Shown here in pieces: positions 13,201-24,729 of a DNA stretch of 64,000 nucleotides. The translations under genes and the position numbers were made by a program. Origin of the DNA: Albugo candida (taxonomy: Eukaryota). Location: contig JBDOQK010000016.1 in assembly GCA_040437565.1 (NCBI GenBank), forward strand, positions 310,001 through 374,000. The letters run 5' to 3'. The stretch's first letter is position 1. Each line of letters begins with the position of its first letter. Under the pieces are notes generated by a model. It did not search any database. It worked only from the letters and a program-made list of their open reading frames with translations, and was not told the origin of the DNA.

Positions 13201-14571
13201 NNNNNNNNNNNNNNNNNNNNNNNNNNNNNNNNNNNNNNNNNNNNNNGCCGAAGCCAAAGTCGAAGCTCTGGTAGTAGCCAAAATCAATACCGCGGTCGTC
13301 AAAGATCACCAAATGCCTGGGGAAGGAGTCGTGATCGAGCTGATCCGAAACAAAGTTGTGAAAGTCGCTTCCAAGCGTCTGGTAAAAGAGGATTCAAGGG
13401 TAGATCATCATCCATATCTCGATCTCGTCCGTCATCACGATCGTCATCACGATCGTCACCAAGTAGCCGCGAATCAAATCGTCAGGTACGGGGTAAGCGC
13501 TCACAAAGTCCCATCAGACAAGAACGAGCTGCTTCACAAGAACCGATTCAAAGTAGAAACACTGTGGCGAGTCATCAAATGATGACCGGGCAACAGCTCG
13601 CAAAGGCTCGCGATCGTGAGCGTGGACGTGATCGAGAGAAATTACCTCGCGAGCAATATGAGGAATTTAAGGTGATTTTGGGAGCTTTAACATTGGATCG
13701 TGCATCCATCAAGAAAGCTATGGGCTTTGCTCTAGATCACTCCGAGTATGCTGTCGACATTGTACAAGTTCTGTACAAGTCGTTCCAGCAGGAGGAAGCA
13801 CCATCCAATGCAGATTTGGCTGGCGGCAACACCGTTCCTGCAGACTCTGCGGTGCATAAAGTTGCGTATTTTTTTGTCGCGTCAGACATTTTGCACAACA
13901 GCTCGGCAGCGGTGAAAAATGCGTCGCTGTTTCGAACAACTTTCCAAGAGTTTCTCCCGTCGATTATGGATATATTGCGCTCGTGCCATCGAAGAATCGT
14001 CGGCCGAATGTCTGCGAACGCAATGAAGGAAAAAGTGCTCAACGTACTTACAGCGTGGGAGAGCTGGAGCTTATTCCCGCCGATGTTTCTGGTCGGTTTG
14101 AACGCAACTTTTCTGCGCAAAGTAGATGAGGATGAACCAACGTCATGTGTACGAGATGAGTCTGTCGTGCTCAATGAGTCAGAAGAAGAAGCAATTCGAA
14201 AACGATGCAAACAATCTGGAATACTGGCTAGTGGATCCTCAATGCAGATGCTGGCACGATTGCGCTGGCTCAAGGAGTATACAGCACCACAAAAATGTCC
14301 AGCTTCCGTTCCCCAGCAGAATGCCAGCTCTTTAGACGCTAAATCTCTTGTTGATCAGGTCAAACGCGATCTTGATGCACTTCGTAAAGATGCAACACTT
14401 GAGATGGCGATACGTTCAAAGAATGCTCGTGACACTCAAGAAGATGATGACGACGACGACCTCGACGGTGAACCGCTCGATGAGCAGCAGCCTATCGGTG
14501 AACACGGAGAAGGAGACAGTGATGATGAAGATTTAGACGGTGAACCATTGGATTCCGACAATGAAGAATGA
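10268..14571 (+). CDS. U2SURP: U2 snRNP-associated SURP motif protein (SR140/RRC1-like): RRM, SURP, RS region, CID, SAP-like, acidic DLDGEPL repeats
   Basis: GSFDNGDPCTTNLYVGNL..VKIMWPRTEDER..CGFVSF (RRM); ARFVARNGACFE..YYRWRVYSF (SURP); SDILHNSSAAVKNASLFR (CID). Two gap-overlap duplications lie inside the gene. Confidence 0.92.
12595..13075 (+). repeat. Coding 6/12-bp degenerate tandem repeats (agtcgg/agccgg/agccaaagtcga) encoding the RS domain
   Basis: Directly visible repeats that translate to SRSRSQSRSQ in the U2SURP frame. Confidence 0.85.
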
Positions 14572-14754
14572 CCTGTCCATACAATAAATCAAGGCTCACA
14601 ATCCTGCAAGGGCTTTTGGTATGTCAAATTGAGAAATACTCGACGTTGAGGTCATGTGAACCCACAATTGGCTTTACATTATGTTTTTAGCTTCAGTTTG
14701 AGAAATATAACACTTTTGGATAACAATATGCACATCTTTCGCTATACAAAGACT

Positions 14755-15537
14755 TTACCCTTCCGCACTTGTGGTCTCAGTTTCCGCGATAGTTATTCCA
14801 CTGAATATCAGAGAGTCAGGCTCGATAGGTGTGTGATTTTCCATATAACTGAGCAGACCGAAATGTACTTCACCATCTGCAGTCAACTCCGGATCGAGTT
14901 TGGTGAACGGTGCTTCTCCGACTCGATCCAGTGGAGCATCATCCATGCTGTAATAATACGCAAATGCGGTACGATTGCCTTGGATTCCAAAATTATGATA
15001 CGTACCATATTCCAATGGAAATGATACGATGACAGCGTTAGGATTGGATTCATTAAGGATTCGGATCTCTGGTGAGGAAAGCCCCGCTTGTTGGATTCGG
15101 ACCTCACCTTTGTGCGATTCGAGAAAGCCAATTTGATAATTAAGCTCTGAATTACTGAATTCCTTCTTAACCAAAATTGAAAATCGAACGAAAATACAGC
15201 CGCCGGAAATGTCGACAGTTCGAACAAGTTCTGTTCTTTTAAAGTTTGTTTGCGTTTGAAAAGTGGCTTGGGTATCGACAATAATCTCTGCTGAACCATT
15301 GTCTCCATTATAAGTCGTATTACGCAAAACGGTGTTGAGACGAATATACTTGTCGAGTCGTCGATCCGAAGTGTTTGGTCGCTGCTCAATGATATGAAGC
15401 TGATATTTTGACGACAAGTTACTCAGTGTCAGATTGTAGAAGGCTCCATTGAATGGCATGTGGAAATTGGGATCCGTTTCGCAATGAATAAGATAGCTGA
15501 TGGAGCAGAGAATAATCAAAAGCTTTATAAGAGTCAT
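14755..15537 (-). CDS. Secreted GH131-like beta-glucanase (copy 1), intronless
   Basis: Signal peptide MTLIKLLIILCSISYLIHC; GH131-like motifs NFKRTELV, YQIGFLESH, YHNFGI and EVHFGLL. Confidence 0.75.
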   Translation of the reverse strand: MTLIKLLIILCSISYLIHCETDPNFHMPFNGAFYNLTLSNLSSKYQLHIIEQRPNTSDRRLDKYIRLNTVLRNTTYNGDNGSAEIIVDTQATFQTQTNFKRTELVRTVDISGGCIFVRFSILVKKEFSNSELNYQIGFLESHKGEVRIQQAGLSSPEIRILNESNPNAVIVSFPLEYGTYHNFGIQGNRTAFAYYYSMDDAPLDRVGEAPFTKLDPELTADGEVHFGLLSYMENHTPIEPDSLIFSGITIAETETTSAEG

Positions 15538-15823
15538 TGCTTGTCGACGCTGTTTAAATTTTGTTATGAGCGATTCACGAAGGCACAAAGCTTTGCTTAG
15601 GTCTTGGGGGTTACATCTGGGATGATGTCGTATTCCCGATACAGCTCCTTGAAATATTTCTGTATTTTTATCGCAAGAGATAGCATGCTAAATGCACCCA
15701 CGAGTAGACTAAATGACTAGTGAGAAGATTTTTTCTATCGACCTGATCGCTAAAGGCAAAAGTGCTGATGATGATGGACGGATATCACTTTACCGGACGA
15801 TATTCGGCCTCGGACGGTCGTCG

Positions 15824-16453
15824 TCATTGTGATTGGAATCGCCAGATTTTGATGCATACAGCAACCGACTTTTGATACTTTGTTCTTCGTTCGGTAGTGA
15901 GTACTTCAAGCGCACAGGTGTGCGTCCAAGTCAGCTCTTTTCCCTAACATGAGTGCATTGCGTGCGAAGTAGTACTGCACTGTTACGTTTCACACGTCTT
16001 TCTTGACGATACCTTTAGTAGAAATAAAGTCTGAAGAACGTGCAAGCTCGATAGAGTGGAGGACTTTAGAATACGACTTCTGACGATCAAAAAAAGCGCT
16101 GAGAAGACAATTATGTCGTGCAGAGGTAGGTAGGTACTCCCAACGCAGCCATATTGCTATGTACTGATAAAGGACGACTGCACCATCAGCGACGTTGATA
16201 TGAAGCGTCTACCTTGTCAGGTCTAGTAGCCTAAATGAAGACAGGATCAGCGATTTAGAGCCTTCTCCGTCTACACCAAATTGTCAGCAGCATTTGCGCT
16301 TGAGAATGTCTTCCTACTCAGGTATAAAATCGCCGCTCAGGCCGTATTCATACATCACATACGCAATGCTTTTGGCGTTCACTAACGTTGTAAGAATTCT
16401 TTCCTCTTTCGTAGCATGTCCGTGATACGTTGTGCCTTCTGCAGACCACTCAT
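15824..16453 (-). CDS. Possible small multi-exon hypothetical gene
   Basis: Several short open frames are bounded by plausible GT..AG sites (MSGLQKAQRITDMLRKRKEFLQ; YIAIWLRWEYLPTSARHNCLLSAFFDRQKSY; ELTWTHTCALEVL). No family recognised and phases were not fully verified. Confidence 0.25.
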
Positions 16454-16642
16454 AAAACATTCCAACGAGTTCATAGACGGAACTATTTGCGTCCAAAGAA
16501 TACCCTCTAGATTATAACGGTAGCTACAGCAGGAACGAGCACCCACAAAAGGGATATTGCTTGCTGTCTCCTCAAAAACCTGGTGTCTAAATTCAAAAAT
16601 CCGACATTTTTTTGTTTGAGTATAATCGAGTGGCCAAGCGCC

Positions 16643-16658
16643 TTCATTCCATTTTTTG
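16643..16658 (+). promoter_or_regulatory. Putative oomycete initiator/FPR-like core promoter (TTCATTCCATTTTTTG)
   Basis: Resembles the YCATTYY..WTTT Inr/FPR consensus and lies ~25-35 bp before the RPAP1 ATG. Confidence 0.35.
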
Positions 16659-16679
16659 TCAAATCAGTAGCAAGTTGCA

Positions 16680-19600
16680 ATGAGCATGCATCCAACCGCT
16701 TCGAACGACGACTTTGAACAGCTACTGAATGAGCAGGAAGAATTCCAAAGGTCTCAAAATAGACCTGCTGCAAAAGTCGTTCGTCGCACTGCTCCTGAAG
16801 CAACCAAAAATGAAAAGAAAGAAGACAATGCGCAAGTATCTGCACCGATTTTGAAGGGTGTAATCGAACGTGACGTAATCGGTCTTGAGCACACCGATAT
16901 GGAGAAGAAAATATTCGAAGCATCTGGTTTTCCTCGTGCTCAAAAAGAGTCTAAAGAGAGTATTTTTGGTCGAAGGCGACAAGACTCTAAAAACTCGCTT
17001 CAAAGTAGTCGTAATTCTTCTGGTTCGGTACCCAGCGCTACAGATAAAATCGATACAATTCATACGGAAAATGAAGAAAAAATAGCGTCCATGTCGATCG
17101 AAGAGATCGAGCAAGCGCAAAAACAGCTCCGGGAATCACTGGACCCTGCGGTCGTTGAGCATTTTATGAATCGGAAGCAAGATCAGAAACTTGAGATTGA
17201 GAATTTGAGTGAATCAGCAAACTTGCAGGTCCATTCTGGCTCAATGAACTTGGCTGAAATTCGTTCTGAAGAAGATCTTCTTCGTCAGAGTCAATATTTT
17301 CCGTTGGAAGAACGTGCAAAGCATGACTGGATGCTTCCGCTGGAGGAAACAGAGCACGCTGGAGGAAAGCCGCTATCAGATGAACGAAATGGATTTAGTG
17401 GCATTCGATATGATTTTGAAGGTGACGTACTCAGCATCGATAAAGACGGGGTGGCTGGAAGGGAATGTGCACGACCAGCGTTATCCTCGGGGCTCTACCA
17501 TCATGGAGATGATCCACAACAACCCGGTTACACACTATCAGAATTAGAGCATTTGGCTCGGAGTACAGTAGCTAGCCAACGATCTTTTGCTTTGCATGTC
17601 ATTGCAAAAATTTTACGCAATTGTCAGTTGCCTGATGCTAAGAAATGCCAAGAGAAATTGTCGATTTCAGATTCTCTTCCACTGACCTTACGGTGCGCTT
17701 TGGATGATTCAAATCAAACTGTCATGATCGGTGCAATAGATGCTTTATACGCTCTGCTAATTCCGCTCTATTCACGACGTCTAGCTCTGAAAAAAAATTA
17801 CGAAATTAATGGTTCAGAGAGGACTACTTCTTTCGAAGCGGCTGCTGGCACTCTCGTTATCGAGCCACTAGATCTCCGCTATCTGAAAAAGACAGACCAA
17901 CCGGGAAGCTACACAGATGTGATATATCACTCAGACTATGCATTCAAGACCAATGAGTGCAGGCAAGCGGACGCCAAGCATGATATCAGTGATCTCGAGT
18001 TGATCAAACTGGACTTGATTCAAGGATTATTCCAGACTAGATTACCACTTCGCTTGACATATATCTTGCGATTTGTGGCTTCTATGGATGTTCATACTGT
18101 CAACAAGATTTTGGGCATGCTGACGGTGATGGCTCAACACTCTCCAAAGGCATCCAGCTCCATCGTGAATCAGCGCGAAGTATCTCTCGTAGGCTGGCTT
18201 CAGAAACATTTTTTTGATCAAGAACTGGCGGGTCTACTTGCAGAAAAAGATGCTTCAATGCTTTGTTCACTGCAAATCATGCTTCGACTTGTTCGCGTAC
18301 TGTGTCAGAGCGGACGATCAACAGCCCTCCAGCTAATGCAATCTGGCCTCATTCATGCGATAAGAGGTATTCTGGCGATTCAAAACGACAGTGAGGCGTT
18401 CGTATCAGCTCAGATAGAATGTTACAGGATCTGGCGTGTGCTTTTGGGATTTCGACTGGATTTTCATTGCTTTTCGTACAATTACACCATATTGTGCCAA
18501 GAAGTTGGCGCATACGTACGCGAAGAAAACATAACGGAGGGGAATAGTAACGCTGATCGACTACGAGTGACCAAAATCACTGCGATATTTGCTTCACTTG
18601 AATCATTTTGTGGCCTAGACGTCGAACCGGAAGCTCAGCCTTACTTTGGGCAGCTTTCATGGTTTGTGACGAGTGCTCACAAAATCATTCAGCGCGATTT
18701 TTTCAGATGCGATCGCTGTTCGCTTTTGGTAGTCAGCGCATCACTTCGCTTTCTCGGAGCAGCGTGTAAAGCTGCAAAACAATTCTCCCTCGACCTTGAC
18801 CCATTTTTTGAAGTATTCGAACTGGTGCGAGCCAAACAGTCCGCGAAACCTTTGCTTCGCCTTGTTAGTACGTTGTCACTTTGCGAACTATACGTATTGG
18901 GAGATCTTCTCGTCGCAGTGATGACATACCATCGAAATTATCTTGCAGCAGGGTTTGAGCGTTCAAATGAAGATGAAGATGCACTGGCACACCAGATGGC
19001 ATCAAACATGCATCCTATCGTGATTTTTCTCATCATGCGAGTATTGGACGCACCTCGTGAGATAGAACTCTATCCTTTTGCAATTCAGTCGGTCGTGGAA
19101 GATGGGCTTAAAATTCTTTATTTACAAGCGGCTCAAATGTTAGTTGCAATCGCGACACCTTTGGTCAAAATGGATGACTGTTCTCCGACGTTATTGACCT
19201 GTGTCTATACTTCAGCAGCATCTCTGTTGGGAAAGCTAGTACCAGGCATGGAAGCTATCGCGCAACGCTTACTGGTGTCCATCATGCTCCATCCAGTCTA
19301 TTTGGCTCCGATTACTGCGCTTTCCAAAGACCATTGCGCAGTTGGAGTTCTACAGATGGCCTATCAAGCTTTACTTGGGTCATCGCGAGCACAAGAAGAG
19401 CATACAGAATCACTTCTTAGACTTGAAGGCTGTACCACCTTGACATTTGAATCTTATCATTTACGATTACCGCAGGAAGCCCACTCGTATACTGCCAGCA
19501 ACCTACCGTTTCCACCATCTTGGTTCTATGCGCCATTTTCACGCATGCAGTATGTGACTTCGCGCGACCTTGACGATCAGCGAAAAGCTCAAGTCAGCTC

Positions 19601-20654
19601 GGGAGGCAATGAAAACATTGGCGATGTGAAAAGAATTTTGACAGCCTGCTGTCGATATCTCGAAGGACTGGAGACTTTCATCTTGCAATCGTTTGGATCC
19701 GAGTTGCCAACTATCACCGCTGAGGAAAAGATCTTTCATCTGTTCCATTCATTTTTCACAAATGAATTGTTTGATGAAAACTTGACAGCTTCCATGGACA
19801 ATCTTCTCTCAACCATATTGAAGCAGCACTTTAGCGATTATGACCCAAAAACTCTCAATATTTTTGATAGCATGGTCACTATGCTGGATCACTTTTCGAA
19901 TTTAGACCCGGCAGCTTCCACCTCAATTGATAAGGGCAGACTTGCACAATTCTCGGATAAACTATCTGCCCTACCGAAACCCATGCAAGCTGCTATGGTG
20001 TTTGTGGAGCGTATCATCACCGAATTTACAACGACATCGTTTGGCAATAAAGCTTTCGCGCATTTTGTGACATTGATATTTACATCCAGTTTTCCAACAG
20101 AACTGCGAAAATGGTGCTGGAAGGAGTTGATGGACGCGCGAATGCTGTACACACTTGGTGCTCCGCCTGGAAGCGAAGAACTCGAAAATATTATATTTCA
20201 AGCCTGTACCTCAGATTACCGTAAAAAACACTTCAATATTGATCGACAATGGGCAGAATGGATTACGACTGCTGTTTCTCAGCTCCATCTGAGCTCTTCG
20301 AAAGGAACTTTCGGGTATGCTCTAGCAATTCACTACTTGGCGGTTTACATATTTGGGAGCAAGTGTGTATTGGATGGCTGTGCCGCTCAGATTTTGACCG
20401 CTGGTCGCCGAGAGATTGTTAACTCCATGCTCCAGCAGACTCCGCTGCGGGTGTGGCTTCATGTGGTACAATACGCTTACGATGGTACTATCGCCACAGC
20501 GATCCCGCTGATTACCTCGATACCGTCTGAAGATCAAGAACAACGTGTGAAAGACGCCGAGATAGTATGCGAAATGGCTAAGAAAGCGTTTCCTGGAAAT
20601 ACGCGTGTGAATCAGCGACTGGAGATAATCTCAAACCTTGAGACAGCGCCATAA
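16680..20654 (+). CDS. RPAP1: RNA polymerase II-associated protein 1 (RPAP1/Rba50/IYO)
   Basis: IHTENEEKIASMSIEEIEQAQKQLRESLDP (RPAP1_N) and RYDFEG..GLYHHGDDPQQPGYTLSELEHLARSTVASQRSFAL (RPAP1_C); 1324-aa intronless ORF. Confidence 0.92.
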   Translation: MSMHPTASNDDFEQLLNEQEEFQRSQNRPAAKVVRRTAPEATKNEKKEDNAQVSAPILKGVIERDVIGLEHTDMEKKIFEASGFPRAQKESKESIFGRRRQDSKNSLQSSRNSSGSVPSATDKIDTIHTENEEKIASMSIEEIEQAQKQLRESLDPAVVEHFMNRKQDQKLEIENLSESANLQVHSGSMNLAEIRSEEDLLRQSQYFPLEERAKHDWMLPLEETEHAGGKPLSDERNGFSGIRYDFEGDVLSIDKDGVAGRECARPALSSGLYHHGDDPQQPGYTLSELEHLARSTVASQRSFALHVIAKILRNCQLPDAKKCQEKLSISDSLPLTLRCALDDSNQTVMIGAIDALYALLIPLYSRRLALKKNYEINGSERTTSFEAAAGTLVIEPLDLRYLKKTDQPGSYTDVIYHSDYAFKTNECRQADAKHDISDLELIKLDLIQGLFQTRLPLRLTYILRFVASMDVHTVNKILGMLTVMAQHSPKASSSIVNQREVSLVGWLQKHFFDQELAGLLAEKDASMLCSLQIMLRLVRVLCQSGRSTALQLMQSGLIHAIRGILAIQNDSEAFVSAQIECYRIWRVLLGFRLDFHCFSYNYTILCQEVGAYVREENITEGNSNADRLRVTKITAIFASLESFCGLDVEPEAQPYFGQLSWFVTSAHKIIQRDFFRCDRCSLLVVSASLRFLGAACKAAKQFSLDLDPFFEVFELVRAKQSAKPLLRLVSTLSLCELYVLGDLLVAVMTYHRNYLAAGFERSNEDEDALAHQMASNMHPIVIFLIMRVLDAPREIELYPFAIQSVVEDGLKILYLQAAQMLVAIATPLVKMDDCSPTLLTCVYTSAASLLGKLVPGMEAIAQRLLVSIMLHPVYLAPITALSKDHCAVGVLQMAYQALLGSSRAQEEHTESLLRLEGCTTLTFESYHLRLPQEAHSYTASNLPFPPSWFYAPFSRMQYVTSRDLDDQRKAQVSSGGNENIGDVKRILTACCRYLEGLETFILQSFGSELPTITAEEKIFHLFHSFFTNELFDENLTASMDNLLSTILKQHFSDYDPKTLNIFDSMVTMLDHFSNLDPAASTSIDKGRLAQFSDKLSALPKPMQAAMVFVERIITEFTTTSFGNKAFAHFVTLIFTSSFPTELRKWCWKELMDARMLYTLGAPPGSEELENIIFQACTSDYRKKHFNIDRQWAEWITTAVSQLHLSSSKGTFGYALAIHYLAVYIFGSKCVLDGCAAQILTAGRREIVNSMLQQTPLRVWLHVVQYAYDGTIATAIPLITSIPSEDQEQRVKDAEIVCEMAKKAFPGNTRVNQRLEIISNLETAP

Positions 20655-20719
20655 GTAATTGCTTTTCGTTTTCCATCTTCTGTTCAAGCTATTATATCAC
20701 TTACAGGTGTCTATATAAC

Positions 20720-23700
20720 TCGAAGTAGACGTAAACAACATGCAAGGGTGGCCTAGAAAATCCCACCGCGAAGATCAGCGGACGGAAAAAGTAGTACGGA
20801 GTAGACACGCCACTCATCTTTGACGTCGTCGAACTTGAAGTAAACTGTGCCGAGTAGAGAAATATGTCCGTGCTGGACCAGTATGTTGATATGACTCTTA
20901 TACTTTTGCTAATTTCTCGAGCTGCTCCGTACATTAGGATATAGGCAGTCAGTGTGCTATGAATCACCAGACAGTAGGTGCAGTGGGTGTTGAAGTGCCG
21001 TGAGCCACAAGTCTGCAGTTCCGATCCGTCCAAATAAAATGAATCGTAACTGCGAGTAATGTGAACCAAATGCTCCAGCACCAGTCAAAAGGTTTCCACG
21101 CATCTCAAAGTGCAGGAATCTGTGCACACGCGATGTGTGACCATCGTGGTCGAACGGAAAAGAAAATTGTCCACGATGGAAAGTGCTCTTCCCAAATTGG
21201 ATGTGTCCTGTTGCAATCAAAAAACAAATGCTGGTAAATTTCTGCATCACCACAATGCTTCCGAGTGCACAGGATATTTTTCTGAATGTGATTGTTGTAA
21301 AACTCAAAAGCGTGCTCGATCTGGTAAGATACAAAAGGATAGTCAGAACTGGATATCCGAATAAATTGATAGCAAATGTCAGCGAAGACGTTTGATATAC
21401 TTGTAAACATCTATCACTAATGTTGACGTCCCACTTCGATCACGTTTAAACACGTGAAGCAACATTGGGTGCGGTTTATCCGGTGACAGTGCGTTCCCAA
21501 CGACTCGACAAAGTTGAGTCCGAGGTATCATCGGAAAGAGAAACTTCTTGTACGAGGGTTGAATGCCAAATCGAACCAGATGCACATGTGCCAGTCCCTT
21601 TTCGAGACAGAATAATACGCCAACAGGTTGAGCCCATCTAAGAATTGGCGTGGCTTCGACGTACACCTGACGTAAAAAGTTCGACTGAGACTGATCAGAC
21701 GGCTTCCCAGCTTCAATTTTACTGAATTGCAATATGAAAGAAAGAGCCAATGCAAAACAGGTCGTTCGTCCACCAAATAAGTCACGTGAAGACCGTATCC
21801 GAAACGCTTGAGCGAATCGCATCCGAAAAATACGCGCTGTTCGGGAACCATATTGATATGAGCAGAGGCATTGTTGACCGGTGCCTCTTCTCAGAGTGGA
21901 GCTGAGGGTCGATACGAAACCATATGGGAGGGAGCCTCCATCGTGTTGATAAATCTTTCCTGCTGTGATAAATCTTGGTCGGTAAGATCCCAACGACTTT
22001 GATGAAACCAAACACATAGTCAAATGCCGACGTGGAGATATCGTGAGTATATCGAGTGGTCTATATGGCAGAAATCGGGCGAAATGCATCGTGTGATCTC
22101 CATTCCAGGAAGTGTCCAGTTGCTGGGTGAAGCTGTATTGGCTCGAGTATAAACTGTTGTAAAAACGTAATCGTCGTTTCTTCAGTTATGCTGCGAGAAA
22201 ACAAACCTGTTAATCCGCCTTTTGAATGAGATAGGTAGAAGAATTCCGACTTGATCAACTGGGTGTGTGTAGAATCTCGCTCATACTTCCAACTCAAAAC
22301 AAATCGATTAAGCATCGACTACCAGAATGTTGAAATGAGTTGTAAAATGCCACAAATGGGATAAAACCATAGTTTGTGCCACCGGTATTCTTCGACGAAC
22401 TGTTATAGCTTCGACGGGAACACTGACGGAATCCACCATAAAAAACGAGCTTACAAAAATCTAATCATAAAACCACCAACGGGTGATTGTTTGAAAAGAA
22501 GTGCCAAGTATTTCACCGGCTCGCTTCACGAGAGTACTTTTACTTTTGCAAACGGTTGACATACTTGATGTCGATTTGGTGATAGCAGAGTTGACTTGGA
22601 CAAGTTGAGCTTTGTTCGTGAGCCATCGCGATACTACTGAACGATCTTGAGCTGCGCCTCCACTTCTCTAAGCAAAAAAAAGGAAGATGATTATGTCGAG
22701 TCGTTCGCAGAAGCAAACTCGTTGCTGTATCCGTTACCGTGATGCATATTCCTATTTCTTCGTTCCTCCGCAACAAATTTAAGTCTCAATTGTCATGAGA
22801 AAGAGCAGTGCAGAGAGTGGATCACCTTGCTTCACCTAGAAGAAGTGATTTTCGGTGAAAGCGTTCCATTCAACAATAACGTACATTCGTGTTGCTGTAC
22901 AGAAGCTTTGTCCACTGGACGAACGACTTTGCACAATTCATTTTTGACATAATCGCAAACATGCATGATCAATCCACTCGATCGTACGATTCTCAACCCC
23001 GAGACATGCTGCATATTCTTCGTGGTCACGATGAATGACCANNNNNNNNNNNNNNNNNNNNNNNNNNNNNNNNNNNNNNNNNNNNNNNNNNNNNNNNNNN
23101 NNNNNNNNNNNNNNNNNNNNNNNNNNNNNNNNNNNNNNNNNGCTTCACCTAGAAGAAGTGATTTTCGGTGAAAGCGTTCCATTCAACAATAACGTACATT
23201 CGTGTTGCTGTACAGAAGCTTTGTCCACTGGACGAACGACTTTGCACAATTCATTTTTGACATAATCGCAAACATGCATGATCAATCCACTCGATCGTAC
23301 GATTCTCAACCCCGAGACATGCTGCATATTCTTCGTGGTCACGATGAATGACCAGATCCTGTAGAATACTCATGTAGAGAAAATGTGATGATTAATGGAT
23401 CGTCCGCATAGGATGCTTTTTGATTCTCATGGATCAATTTCGGAAGCACTCGCTGAAGTCGGTATGCGAGTACCTTCGACAGCACTTTCACATCCACGCA
23501 TATTAATGCAATAGGACGGTAGTTGCAGGAATTAGCACGGGACCTTTTTTGCAAAGCAACGTGATTGCCGAGCTATGTTGAGAATGTAGCAAAGAGCCTC
23601 GACGAAGTTGATGGTCGCAAACAATTTGCAGACATTCACCAAAAACACTCGGAGCTAGTTGGTAGAATGCTGCCGGCAATCCGTCCGTTCCAGGTGATAT

Positions 23701-24420
23701 ATGTCCACGCGTATGCTTAATTGCTTCTCCCATCTCCATTTTGCTAATTGAGCGGACGAACAGAATTCGTCAGAGCTAGTGATTTTTTCTTCATCGACGA
23801 TTTAGTGCTGATGCAATTTGGATTCATGACATTTCCGCCCGGCCAATCCGAAATCGTTGATAAAGTATCGTGACCCAGGAATATTGAGCTCTCGGAAGCT
23901 TCCATGAGTCAACATTTGGCAAACTCCCTCACTCGTGACAAGAAGGCATAAATTACCTTCAGGAAATTTAGTCAGTCAGCCGATTTCTCCTTCAGCAAAT
24001 AAATCGTCAAGAATCATGTTCGATCTCGAGTCGATGGCCGGTTTCACTTGCCGCTTTGACCGGTGTGGAAGATGATGATGCGCTGCTGTCATCAAACTCC
24101 ATGGCCACCGGCTGATTAGCAGAAAATTGAAGTGAGAGAGAGCGGTATCTCAATACCTATCTCGACATCTGATTTGCCACTTACCTCGTCAGACCTTGCA
24201 GAGTTCAACGGTATAGGTGTGCACATGGGTGCAATTTCCACCGGCAATGTGTCAGTGACGGACAATTTACGTGAAGACGTATTACCCACATTAGTCGATA
24301 TAACGATAGGTAAGCTGGAGATGTTGATAGAAACCATTTTATTCGAAAGGAAAGGGTGAAAAGGTGCGTGTTTTTCTACGAAAGCTGCTTTTTGTATTTT
24401 TTTTCGGAGTATTTAGTATT
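20720..24420 (-). mobile_element. Degenerate non-LTR retrotransposon (L1/Tx1-type LINE) with frameshifts, stops and deletions; ends approximate
   Basis: Minus-strand fragments occur in canonical order: SPGTDGLPAAFY, NYRPIALICVDVKVLSKVLAYRLQ, VKQGDPLSALL, decayed YADD site (SANDST), PVKYLA, HSKGGL, zf-RVT CTRKHCGDAEIYQHLFFDC and HFIWTDRN. Confidence 0.85.
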
Positions 24421-24510
24421 CGGGAAATAAAAAGTCCACAATATTGCATTGGATGCCACACAGTTGACATTTGTGTTCTTCAGTGTAGTTTCTAAGCGTA
24501 CTCATGTAAC

Positions 24511-24594
24511 GGTATCTTGCCCGAGTGGTCTAAGGGGGTGGACTTAAGATCCACTAGACTGAGGTCTGCGTGGGTTCAAACCCCACAGATACCA
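24511..24594 (+). tRNA. tRNA-Leu, anticodon UAA, long variable arm, no intron
   Basis: Acceptor stem GGTATCT/AGATACC plus discriminator A; D-arm GCCCGAGTGGTCTAAGGG; anticodon arm GTGGA-CTTAAGA-TCCAC; variable arm AGAC-TGAG-GTCT; T-arm GTGGG-TTCAAAC-CCCAC. Confidence 0.95.
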
Positions 24595-24729
24595 TGTGAA
24601 TAGTCTTTGATTATGTCATCATCCGAATTTAAGAACATGGGTTCGAATCTATTTTCCACACGACCATACAATCCATCGCCACTGAACGCAATCAATCGTT
24701 GATTTCTTACGGCGGTCTATTTTGATACA

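Noticed and set aside
12678-13274. ORFs with AEAKVE or FGFDFG repeats
   Set aside because: They are alternative-frame or antisense readings of the U2SURP RS-coding repeats.
21379-22089. 236-aa minus-strand ORF as a standalone gene
   Set aside because: It lies within the decayed LINE ORF2, between the RT and zf-RVT motifs.
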